From Ostrea edulis (taxonomy: Eukaryota): DNA of 64,000 nt. Below are positions 1 through 9,629 of this stretch, piece by piece (the stretch's first letter is position 1; each line of letters begins with the position of its first letter). A program made the position numbers and the translations under genes. Where the stretch lies: positions 50,530,001 to 50,594,000 of the forward strand of contig NC_079172.1 in NCBI RefSeq assembly GCF_947568905.1. Reading direction: 5' to 3'. The notes beneath the pieces were generated by a model that was not told the origin of the DNA, made no database searches, and was given only the letters and a program-made list of their open reading frames with translations.

Positions 1-793
1 TTGATTCATTCGTAACTGTAAAATAAATTAATTACCTTAAAACTCATTATTCTTTCTGTCTGTGAATGCAAGAATATCTCTTGGCGGATCAAAGAAGTAA
101 AGCGGAAATAGACCATAATGCAATGCGCCGACATTAAAAATAGAACGAAAACTGTCTGCAGCCTAACAACATGTGTTTACAAGAAACAGGTAAAATAACA
201 ATGAATACGTAACGAGATTAAAATCCCTGAATAGATTAAGCATACATTATAATATCTGTGCAAGTATTTCAATAAAAGACATCGTAAAATTTTGAGACAT
301 TCAATGTAAATCACACGTGTGGGTCTACTTTCATTTTGCCTACGATCGTATGTTCCAAAACAATACAAAGCAGTAGCACACTGCCGCTGAATATTAACAT
401 GCTGAAAAATATTCATCTTTAGCAAAGATAAATTACTCGTAAGGGCTACACTAGTAAATACAATATTCATTAAAATTGTAACAGACAAAACTTTACATTT
501 ACCCCCTCGTTTGAAGCATTCATGTCCCCATGAATAATAACTTAGCATAATATTAATAAAATCATAAATTCTGTAACAATAACATAACAAAATATCAATT
601 CAATATACATACACATTTAAACATCAACAATACAACTTTTCATAAGTACTAATATATACCTTAAGTACTTGATAACTAGAGCACCTGTAACAGGTAGTCC
701 TACATGTACACACATATATATACACTTTAAAAACAAACCCCCAATCCTCCTAACTGGCCTAATATAACTTTACCCATAATAACTAAATCCTAA

Positions 794-1987
794 TTATCTC
801 CTTCTGTCAAATGGTCTCTTGGAATTAGTTTGATGCTGTGGATAAGTCCTCTTTCCATTGGAGTTAAATCTTCCTGTATAAGGTGACCGTGTCCTTCTCT
901 CATCTCTACTCTGCTGCTCACCTTGACATCTAATAGATCTTAATATATCAGTTTGTACCTGTATCTCGTGGTGGATATTCTGTAGAGTACTCTGAATATG
1001 GAACATGTGGCTCATCATGTCGTACATCAGTCGCGTTGGCGATTTGGACGTTCCTCTCTTGCGTTCTCCTGGCGACTCGGATCTTCCTCTTTGCTCAGCT
1101 GAAGTTTTCTCACTGGATACACCTCCAGCCTCAGGTTGCTTGAGATCACCTGCCTTTGAATTCTCTCCGTGTTTCCCAGATTCTGGCTTCTTTGGTTCTG
1201 GAATTACTGCTACCTCCACAAGAAGACTGGAAGGGGACGTAATAGCTGAAGTTCCTCCCTCTGTCTCCTAATCCAGAAAACCATAGTACTGCACGGGATC
1301 TTGAAGTTCCAGTAAATCTGGAAAGGTAAAGATGTTGCTGGGGGAAGACATGGGCAGCTCAAAGGAATGGTTCAGATGGACGGCTGGAGCAGATACAGGA
1401 ACAGGTACTGAACCAAGTGGAACGGAAATCTGCTGAACAGGTTTGGGCGAATACCTACTATTAACAATAGAGACAGTGGGAGTTGAGCAGGGAGTAGAAG
1501 TAGGAGCAACTGATGAAATCGGCTGGAATGCTGAAGAAACCCCCGACTTCCCTGAGTGGAGTCCAGAGGGCAGGGGCGAAGCCTTATTTTTCCCTGCAGC
1601 TTCCTCTCGAAGTCGTCCGAGCCAAACCTGGTGAGACTCCTCTTTGCTCAACCGTTCAAAGTGAACATCCTCTACAGCCTTAACTCCATCCCTGTTTCTG
1701 TGAAGATATTTTGCATCTGGTTCAGGATTCTTCCCATACTTAAGCAGGGACTCCCTTGCCTCTCTGTGCTTTGTATAATTCTTCACATGCTCCTCTAGTT
1801 TTTCTTCCTCATCTGTCTGAAAATGACAAAGGGAGCAGTAATAAGGAATGACATCCAGAGGGATATGGTATTTGTAGACATGACTGATCACATATCGTTT
1901 TTCTCCAACTTGCTTATTACACAACAGGCACTTGTATGCTCTCCCTCTTTTCAGCAACTCTCTGTTGATCAAAGGGCTTAAACTCAA
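794..1987 (-). pseudogene. Accessory ORF (~397 codons) with two N-terminal C2H2 zinc fingers, S/P-rich middle and C-terminal helical segment; one in-frame TAG at 1268-1270
   Basis: ORFs 1268..1987 and 794..1219 are in the same frame, separated by a single stop. Motifs are CLLC-X12-H-X4-H and CSLC-X12-H-X6-H. A splice-acceptor-like TTAATATTTTTCAG lies immediately upstream. Confidence 0.75.
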
Positions 1988-2086
1988 AGCTGAAAAATAT
2001 TAAGGAAAGTTAAATTCTTCAGAGAATTTTCTCGGGTTCTTCTTGGATCTTCTTGTAAACAAATGACCGATATCAGTCAAATACAC

Positions 2087-2238
2087 CAGTGGCGTAGCTT
2101 CCATTGAGGCAACCGAGGCAGCTGCCTCGGTAAAAAAAAACACCACCTTTTACGTTGTTAAAATGTCGATAGCTTCGGGGGGCACAGCCCCCCAGACCCC
2201 CCTGCCCCGGTAATATTCGAACCCAAGCTACGTCTATG
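2087..2238. mobile_element. hAT5-type MITE (152 bp)
   Basis: Imperfect TIRs CAGTGGCGTAGCT / AGCTACGTCTATG, flanked by 5-bp direct repeat TACAC (2082-2086, 2239-2243). Confidence 0.75.
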
Positions 2239-2409
2239 TACACTGTAGGTAATTTCTAAATATGAAGTAAATAACAACATAGCAACAGTTATGCATAATA
2301 TAAATGCATATTTAAGGGTATTCAACATCATTATTTTTACGCTTGCAGAAGAGTGTTTAATCCATCGTGTGATGTTCATACGTCTATGATAGAAATTTTC
2401 AAAGATCAT

Positions 2410-3657
2410 TCAGCCAATGAAAGGTTTCATCTTGTCATGATGTATGACCTTTTGTTTATGACTGCTAAGGCTCTTTACTTTGTAAGTGAGATCTGAGAGT
2501 CTCTGTAATACAATGCATAGGCCCCAATACCAATTACTGAGTTTCCCTGGATCTGATTCATTGAGAACCCATACTTTGTCTCCTGACTTGTACTGGTTGA
2601 GAAAAGTTTTCATATTGTAGAAGTGTCTTTGTCTTTCAGTAGAAGTTTTTAAGTGCTTCCTAGCTATTTCATGAGCTTGTTGTAAATGATTTCTGAGGGT
2701 CTCAATATATTCCACATAATCTGCCACAGGGTTATCATCCTTGGTTATACTGCCAAAAATGATTTCACTTGGAATACGAACTTCATGGCCTAGCATCAAG
2801 AGATTGGGAGAAACACCTGTAGATTCATGAACACTAGATCTGTAAGCTGCACCAAGGCATCCTAAGTACAAGTCCCATTCTGTTCTGTCTTCTTTGATAT
2901 AACTCTTTATCATTTTTATTAATGTTCTATTAAATCTTTCTGTTTTACCATTACACTGGGGATGCCGAGGTGTAGTCCTAGTTTTCCTTATTTCAAGAAG
3001 TTCACACAACTCATGAAAAATACTGTAAACGTATTATATTTGGCGTGTACGATATTTGGCGGAAATCGTTTTTTCAACAAGTTAGCGTAGATTTGATTTA
3101 GCGCATTCCTGAATTACTTTAAACATCTAGATTTACGGATGGCATTTAGCGATGCACTTGATTTAACGGAAGCTACGTTCCGCCAAAGGCGCTAAATAGA
3201 ATACACAGCCAAATGTAATACATTTACAGTATTGCTTTCATAATTGCGACCTTGGTCTGAATGTATAGACTCTGGACATCCATAACGACCTATTACCTCA
3301 TTAAATAGGATCCTAGCTGTCGTAGCTGCTGTTTGATCTGGGAGAGGAAAAATCTCAACCCAATTAGTAAAATGATCTGTTGCTGTTAAAATATATCTGT
3401 TTCCTCTGGGAGTCTCTGGCAATGGACCCAATATATCAGTGGACAACCTGTCCAGAGGGGCCCCTACAGTCATATGTCCTAAACCTGCCCTTGGTTTGTG
3501 ATAAGGTTTCCTGTTTTTCTCGCAGACCTCACAACCTGACACATGAGCTGCAATATCTTCTTTCATTTCGAACCAGAAGAAATTCCTAGAAACTTTGTCT
3601 TGAGTCTTTTTCCTACCCAGATGTCCACTTAGTAAATTTTCATGGTTACTTCTTTTA
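2410..3657 (-). pseudogene. Gypsy integrase, split by a MITE
   Basis: HxxxxxC..C zinc-binding region, LSTDILGP, SDQGRNYES, PQCNGKTERFNRTL and a GPY/F-like tail ending HHDKMKPFIG. Removing 3023-3229 plus one TA restores GRNYESNIFHELCELL. Confidence 0.92.
3023..3229. mobile_element. TA-target MITE (207 bp) inserted in integrase
   Basis: Termini CTGTAAA...TTTACAG, TA duplicated at 3021-3022 and 3230-3231. Excision restores the integrase reading frame. Confidence 0.9.
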
Positions 3658-5616
3658 TTAATTTCTTGGGGGTAACAAATTAAAGTAAGACCCAGAGTTG
3701 TCTTTCTTGCGAAATTCTTTTAGTAAGAGTCCATCTTTAATTTGAAAAGTATTAAAGATATGCCAGTAGTATCTAACGGCTGGTGTTTGCATGGCAAGTT
3801 CTGACACATCAGGCCTAGTCTGGCTCTTCACCCAATCATATACTGGACCTATGTTGGGATCATTAAGCTGCTCTTTCCGTAACTGATGCGTACTGTATTT
3901 TGTCCAAAATGTGACATGACCCTCTTTGTCTTTGTTTATTTGCTGTATTGTCGTAACTGCTCTTATTTGTTGACTTTGTCTAGGATCGCATGTTTCCAAA
4001 CTGTGGCCATGAGTTAGGAAACAGGGATCTTGTTGTATGCTAGGTTTCTGCAAGAAAGAACTGCACATTTCGAAAGATCTCTTTTGACATTTATTACAGG
4101 GTCCACATTTTAAATACTCTAAATTGTCTGTTTCAGGACAAGTACAATCCGCAGGGTTCTTGCACCTGCTCAAAGCATCCGCATTTCCATGCTTATGACC
4201 CGGGCGATAGTGAACTGAAAAATTAAAGTAGGAAAGAATTTCTAACCAACGTGCAATTCGACCCTTGGGTTCCTTGAGTTTAAACAACCAGACCAGTGCC
4301 TTATGGTCAGTTCGCACTGTAAACCTGCGTTCCAGTAAATATTGTCTGAAATACTCTACAAAATAACGCAGAGCAAGCAATTCTTTATCAGTAATACAGT
4401 AGTTTTTCTCAGACTTGTTTAATGACCTACTCCCATATGCAATTACTCTTTCAGTGCCATTTTGTATTTGTGACAAGACACCTCCAATTGACACATCACT
4501 AGCATCAGTGTCTAAAATATATTCTCCCTCATCTAAAGGGTAAGCTAAACTATTAGGACTAGAAAAAGATTCTTTTAATTTAGTGAAGACTTCTTCACAT
4601 TCATCAGACCAGAGGAATTGTCTCCCCTTTTTAGTCAACTCGACTAGAGGTCTAACCAGCTTGGCAAAATCTCTTATGAATTTCCTATAATAACTTCCCA
4701 TCCCAAGGAGTTGTCTAACTTCTGTAACTGTGGTAGGACGAGGCCACTGCATACTTTTTGAAATATTATCAGGGTTTGGAAGTATTCCTTCCGATGAGAC
4801 AACATGGCCTAAAAAAGTTACTTTCGTCTGAAAAAGGTTACATTTCTCTGGCTTCAGCTTCATCCCAGAGCCATGTATTCTTTCTAGGACTTCTTCTACT
4901 CGTTGCAGATGCTCCTGAAAAGAGGAACCAAACACGACAATATCATCTAGATATATGATACAAGTCTGCCAATTCAGACCTTGAAGAATAAGTTCCATGA
5001 GTCTCTGAAAAGTGGCACATGCTGTACTCAAACCCATCGGCATAGTTGTAAATTCACATAGACCATACTTCGTTATAAAAGCAGTTTTAGGAATATCATC
5101 TTCCTTCACGGGTACCTGATGGTAACCAGAAGTCAAGACAAAGGTTGAGAAGAAAATAGATCCACGAACTGTGTCTAGACAGTCCTGAACTCTTGGAAGA
5201 GGAAAAGCGTCCTGACGAGTCACAGTATTAAGTCTCCTGTAGTCAATACAACATCTAGCCTTTCCATTTTTCTTTTTGACTAACACAACAGGACTAGCCC
5301 ATGGGGAGCTTGACTTTCTGATAATGCCCTGGGCCTCCATTTGCTGAACAACTTTATGTTCTTCATTTGCAAAAGCCAGAGGTACACGCCTTGGAGGCTG
5401 TTTAATGGGCCTAGCATCCCCTGTGTCTATTTCGTGTTCAACCATGTTTGTAACCCCAAGATCAGTTTCATTTTTTGAGAATGTAGACTGAAATTTGTGA
5501 AGAAGCTGTGAAATTTCTTTTTGCTCTACCAGAGTTTTATCCTGTATAGCCCTACAATACAAATCTGATAAATGAGGAGGGACACATGTACTTGTTGACT
5601 GATCATTCTCCTCCAT
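3658..5616 (-). CDS. Gypsy reverse transcriptase / RNase H (652-aa open segment of pol)
   Basis: SPWASPVVLVKKK, CIDYRRLN, MPMGLSTACATFQR, YLDDIVVFG, LDTDASDVSIGGVLSQ, TDHKAL, NADALSR motifs. Confidence 0.96.
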   Translation of the reverse strand: MEENDQSTSTCVPPHLSDLYCRAIQDKTLVEQKEISQLLHKFQSTFSKNETDLGVTNMVEHEIDTGDARPIKQPPRRVPLAFANEEHKVVQQMEAQGIIRKSSSPWASPVVLVKKKNGKARCCIDYRRLNTVTRQDAFPLPRVQDCLDTVRGSIFFSTFVLTSGYHQVPVKEDDIPKTAFITKYGLCEFTTMPMGLSTACATFQRLMELILQGLNWQTCIIYLDDIVVFGSSFQEHLQRVEEVLERIHGSGMKLKPEKCNLFQTKVTFLGHVVSSEGILPNPDNISKSMQWPRPTTVTEVRQLLGMGSYYRKFIRDFAKLVRPLVELTKKGRQFLWSDECEEVFTKLKESFSSPNSLAYPLDEGEYILDTDASDVSIGGVLSQIQNGTERVIAYGSRSLNKSEKNYCITDKELLALRYFVEYFRQYLLERRFTVRTDHKALVWLFKLKEPKGRIARWLEILSYFNFSVHYRPGHKHGNADALSRCKNPADCTCPETDNLEYLKCGPCNKCQKRSFEMCSSFLQKPSIQQDPCFLTHGHSLETCDPRQSQQIRAVTTIQQINKDKEGHVTFWTKYSTHQLRKEQLNDPNIGPVYDWVKSQTRPDVSELAMQTPAVRYYWHIFNTFQIKDGLLLKEFRKKDNSGSYFNLLPPRN

Positions 5617-5643
5617 GTCTTTAGATGTTTATGTTTTGGAGAG

Positions 5644-6459
5644 TTACCCCCCCTTTTCGGAACTTTTGTCAAGCAGTATTCTAACGGATTGCCAGTTTTG
5701 TTCTAAAGCACTTTCTGAAGATAGAACAACTTCAATATTATTAGGGTCTACAAGCTCAGCTCCTCCTAATTCATCATCCTGTCTTACAGTAGCATCTGTT
5801 TTGAAAGGATTCATGACCCTACTTTTTGCAGTGACTTTGTCCACTAAGTCTATCAGACAAGATGCCATAAGAAGAGAGTATTTATTGTTAAAATCTTTAG
5901 ATGGTTCAACACACAGTATTTTGTGTGGCAGATCCTTTTCTCCTTCAAATCTATCAATAAATACATCAATCAATTTTTCAGAATTTGCTGGAATAATGTA
6001 ATTGTCAGCGGCTATAACTCTCCTAGTCTTGTCCACCATTTGCTTGATGTGAATTTTCTTTCCCTTGAAAGTAATGAAATTCTCATGTAATTTAATATCA
6101 ACAGGCCCATTTTCTTCTTTTAACAGTATGTCCAAGCCTAAAAGAGCATCATCTTCTATTTCGGCCACAATAATTTCTTCCTCAATTTTTTCTTGACCCA
6201 ATTGAACCTCAAAAATGCTTTTCCCTAATTCCTTCAATGGTTCTCCATTAACATTTGTAAGTGATTTAGATTCTTCTAATTTAGGTCTCAAATGTTCTGG
6301 AATTCTTTCCAAAACTTGTTTTGAAATAATTGACTTAGTGGCTCCTGTATCAGTAGTCCACTCTACAGGTACCCCCTGTACTGACCCACTAACATATATA
6401 CCTGGACATCCAGTAATTTGTCTCAGAAACATGATATTGAGAAGTTCCAAATTTATCAC
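5644..6459 (-). CDS. Gypsy aspartic protease plus linker
   Basis: WTTDTGATKSIIS active site and ALLGLDIL flap motif. Confidence 0.92.
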   Translation of the reverse strand: MINLELLNIMFLRQITGCPGIYVSGSVQGVPVEWTTDTGATKSIISKQVLERIPEHLRPKLEESKSLTNVNGEPLKELGKSIFEVQLGQEKIEEEIIVAEIEDDALLGLDILLKEENGPVDIKLHENFITFKGKKIHIKQMVDKTRRVIAADNYIIPANSEKLIDVFIDRFEGEKDLPHKILCVEPSKDFNNKYSLLMASCLIDLVDKVTAKSRVMNPFKTDATVRQDDELGGAELVDPNNIEVVLSSESALEQNWQSVRILLDKSSEKGG

Positions 6460-7005
6460 CAGTAATCACCATACTGGAATTTTCTTGATCAAGATCAGGG
6501 TTCAATCCTTGCTCTGTAAAATTGGAGTCAAGTTTCTCACTTAAACTCCTGCAAAAATCTCCACCGCAGCGATCACTGCTGTTATGAAGTATTTCAATAT
6601 TTGATCTCAAATAGTCTACCAGACTATCCCTGAGTCTATCAGAATTTGGTTCCACCCTACAGTCTACCCGACTGATTCCAAGACTGCTCACATCTACCAT
6701 TCCACAGTCTAACCGACTGTCTCCATCACTATTTGACACAGGTACCACCCCAATCGGCCCCTCACTGAGCATCTGTTCAGTAGTAATACCATCACCATTG
6801 AACTCAAAATCATCCAATGTCTTGCAAGTTTCATTGTCCCTTTGATCATCAAAATTCTTTAATTTATTGTCAACATCTTGTTCCGTGTGCTGTATCAGTA
6901 AATCATTAGACTTGCTATTAAAAGAACAAAAATCATCACGTTGATGAATAAGGTCACTATCGGGGTTCAACTGGGTCATTTCTTGGCCTATAGAACTGAC
7001 CCCTT

Positions 7006-7015
7006 CTAGTTTAAA
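7006..7015 (-). promoter_or_regulatory. Putative -1 ribosomal frameshift site (T TTA AAC TAG) at the gag/pol junction
   Basis: Minus strand reads GCT TTA AAC TAG (gag ...VFKPALN*). The -1 frame reads FKLEGVSSIGQE straight into ORF 6389..6979 (MTQLNPD...). Confidence 0.65.
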
Positions 7016-7029
7016 GCTGGCTTAAAAAC

Positions 7030-7380
7030 TTGGGCATTTGGGCTTTACAGAAACCTGTTAAATTAGAAGAGTTAAAACAGAAAACCAAGCTAGTCAAAAG
7101 TGGACTGGACAAACCTGGGGAGCTTACTGCATTAGAAACAGGGGAAGTACAAAAGTTTATTCCCCGAAAGCTGTTTCTATCGAGTATAGAAACCTTTAAA
7201 CTTGCACCCGATACCCAGGATTCCACCAAGAACAAAGAAGAGAAGACCAAACCCGTGAAACCTTTACCGTGTAGTTTCCTCTGCACCACGGGACTTTCTC
7301 CTGCGAAAGAACCCTGTGTGGTGAGACCGTGGAGAATATGGAGGGATCGCATTCTCAGTTTTTTGGGATTTGAAAGATAG
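7030..7380 (+). pseudogene. 5'-truncated paralog of the orphan ORF at 36743-42210
   Basis: LQKPVKLEELKQKTK...WRDRILSFLGFER* aligns by eye with the C-terminal third of the 36743 ORF. Homology continues through the 3' flank to the (GT)n at ~8041. Confidence 0.85.
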
Positions 7381-7424
7381 ACATTCTGAAAAATATGAAG
7401 ATAGAAACGTGATTTTAAAGGATT

Positions 7425-7840
7425 TTTTGTACTTTACAAACGTATTATGTGTGTTCATGGTGTTCTGATATGTTGGTACTTTACAAACGTATTATGTATG
7501 TTCATGGTGTTCTGATATGTATTATTCAAGGTGTTCTGATATGTATTATGTATGTACATGGTATTCTGATGTGTATTATGTATGTTGATGGTATTCTGAT
7601 ATGTATTATGTATGTTGATGGTGTTCTGATGTGTATAATGTATGTTCATGGTGTTCTGATGTGTATTATGTATGTTGATGGTGTTTTGATGTGTAGTATG
7701 TATGTTCATGGTGTTCTGATGTGTATTATGTCTGTTCATAGTGTTCTGATGTGTATTATGTATGTTCATAGTGTTCTGATGTGTATTATGTATGTTCATG
7801 GTGTTCTGATATGTATTATGTATGTTCATGGTGTTCTGAT
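7425..7840. repeat. 30-bp tandem repeat (TGTATTATGTATGTTCATGGTGTTCTGATA), ~13 copies
   Basis: Directly visible period; a related 47-bp array lies at 42259-42460. Confidence 0.92.
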
Positions 7841-8040
7841 TTGGATTAAAGTTGTTTTCACACTGTTATACCTCTTGATTGTCCTCATTCTCACTCTAAA
7901 AACTGTGAAGCATTATGACGTCAGCACATTCATCTTAATCTAGTTAAGAAATGGTGTATCGGAGGCGTGCACAAAACAAAACCTTCCAAGTGATTAATAA
8001 ATATAGAACGAGCAAAAATCACTATTTTGTGTATGACATA

Positions 8041-8072
8041 ATGTGTGTGTGTGTGTGTGTGTGTTTGTGTGC
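8041..8072. repeat. (GT)n microsatellite
   Basis: Directly visible. Confidence 0.9.
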
Positions 8073-9164
8073 GCGCACGCACAAATATTTATCTATGTGT
8101 ATGTTAATATGTTATTCAGCTTAAAGATCAGCTACATTTCTTTACTTGGACATATGAGGTACAGTAACTCCGTCCTTCTTCATAAAAAGATAGCCAACCA
8201 GGTGTTGTGCTATAGCCTCTACTAGCTAGTTTCCATATTAAAATGATTCAGTTAAATAATGAAACAATTATTAACAATTAATTTTTTGATCAACACTATA
8301 CTTTAGTTACCCTTGACGTACAATATATAACTATGTGACGTTAATTTAACATGCATGTTCTATACATAGACGAATGATTATATTCAAATATCAATTACAT
8401 CCAAAGAAAGCAATTGGGACAGAATTCTCTCAACTTAAAATTACATTCCTTTACGTCACGTGTTTAAGATAAATCAGCTAAATTGGCTTATGCTTTTGAA
8501 CGCGTAACAAAGACTGAAACTGACCTTTTTCTCAAGGTCACCTGCAAAACAAATGGATGAATGTAGCTATTATGAATGTTTATAAAGGAAAAACAAAAAT
8601 ACAACCAATTTCAGTGAAGATAACAGAAATCAGTATCCTTGAACAAGTGAATGTCTGGTCTATTACAAACGCCACTTTTCATAATCATTACATAACACGC
8701 AGAGTTCACCAATCAGTGGGTGAAAATTTAAAGTTTTTCATTCTTGATAGATTTTGGAAATTTTAGCTTCCGATCTGTTATAATAAACAACATGCATAGT
8801 TTATGAAACAGTTATTTCAAAATTGACTTAGGTGTTTGAGAATTATTGAAGTTAGTTTTTCAAGTTTCCTCCAAAAGATGAGGTTCTTGATGCTCATGGG
8901 GTTCCTTGGTTAGAGCGTTTCCATGGTGATCAAGAAATCGTGGGTCCCGTTTTCACCCCTACCTAGGCCGTGGCATAAATGAGATAGTGACTGCACTTTC
9001 GCATAATTAAAGTGTCGAATTCTCATTTTTCCCCACATAAATCTTCCAAACCGAGTTACTTTGTTGCACCAGGCATTCAAAAAAAATTATTGATAAAGAG
9101 GTAAAATATAATACAACATTTTCTCGTCGCCTTCACATTCAGGGGTCTTTATTTTCAACGATCG

Positions 9165-9327
9165 NNNNNNNNNNNNNNNNNNNNNNNNNNNNNNNNNNNN
9201 NNNNNNNNNNNNNNNNNNNNNNNNNNNNNNNNNNNNNNNNNNNNNNNNNNNNNNNNNNNNNNNNNNNNNNNNNNNNNNNNNNNNNNNNNNNNNNNNNNNN
9301 NNNNNNNNNNNNNNNNNNNNNNNNNNN
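9165..9327. other. Assembly gap (163 N)
   Basis: Run of N. Confidence 1.
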
Positions 9328-9393
9328 GTAATGAAGGAAGACTTTAAAAAAAAAAACCAACGTTGTAATAACGTTTGGTTTATTTTACAGATA

Positions 9394-9610
9394 TGTAGTA
9401 TCTGGGGAGTCTTCCACAGTACGACTTGTTTATTCCCCGATTTGCAGAGGAGATACTTCCGGCAGCACGGGGAGATTTCCCGCGGTTATGGACTATGTCA
9501 GACGTGTAGAGGACCTACCCGAAGCTGAGACCGACAGCAGGCAGAACTGTTAAGTCCGCGGCATCCATGTTTTATGTAGATACACTGTAATAAATATTAT
9601 AGATACTTTA
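9394..9610 (+). repeat. 5' LTR (217 bp)
   Basis: Starts TGTAGTA; diverged direct repeat of the reassembled 3' LTR. Confidence 0.85.
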
Positions 9611-9611
9611 T

Positions 9612-9629
9612 TGGCGCCCAACTCGAGGC
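9612..9629 (+). promoter_or_regulatory. Primer-binding site, tRNA-Lys(CTT)-like
   Basis: TGGCGCCCAACTCGAGGC vs the canonical Lys1,2 PBS TGGCGCCCAACGTGGGGC; first 11 nt identical. Confidence 0.75.

Larger units (their letters stand above)
794..7045 (-). mobile_element. Ty3/Gypsy LTR retrotransposon, 5'-truncated (gag and 5' LTR lost), decayed
   Basis: Minus-strand order is protease (DTGA), RT (YLDD), RNase H (LDTDAS), then integrase, which is the Gypsy domain order. It has several stops/frameshifts and two MITE insertions. I could not delimit a 3' LTR. Confidence 0.93.

Noticed and set aside
177-590. 137-aa ORF
   Set aside because: AT-rich, no motif and no ATG start; probably non-coding 3' region of the retroelement.
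794-1987. Possible env gene
   Set aside because: No signal peptide, furin site or transmembrane helix is visible; it has zinc fingers instead.
1999-2086. Short frame VYLTDIGH...PRKFSEEFNFP* as the true pol C-terminus
   Set aside because: It cannot be joined in frame to integrase after removing the MITE, and integrase already ends at a typical HHDKMKP motif.
7449-7943. ORFs with MYVHGVLMCI / MNIHNTHQNT repeats on both strands
   Set aside because: They are translations of a stop-free 30-bp tandem repeat; the paralogous locus has a different period, so no protein is conserved.
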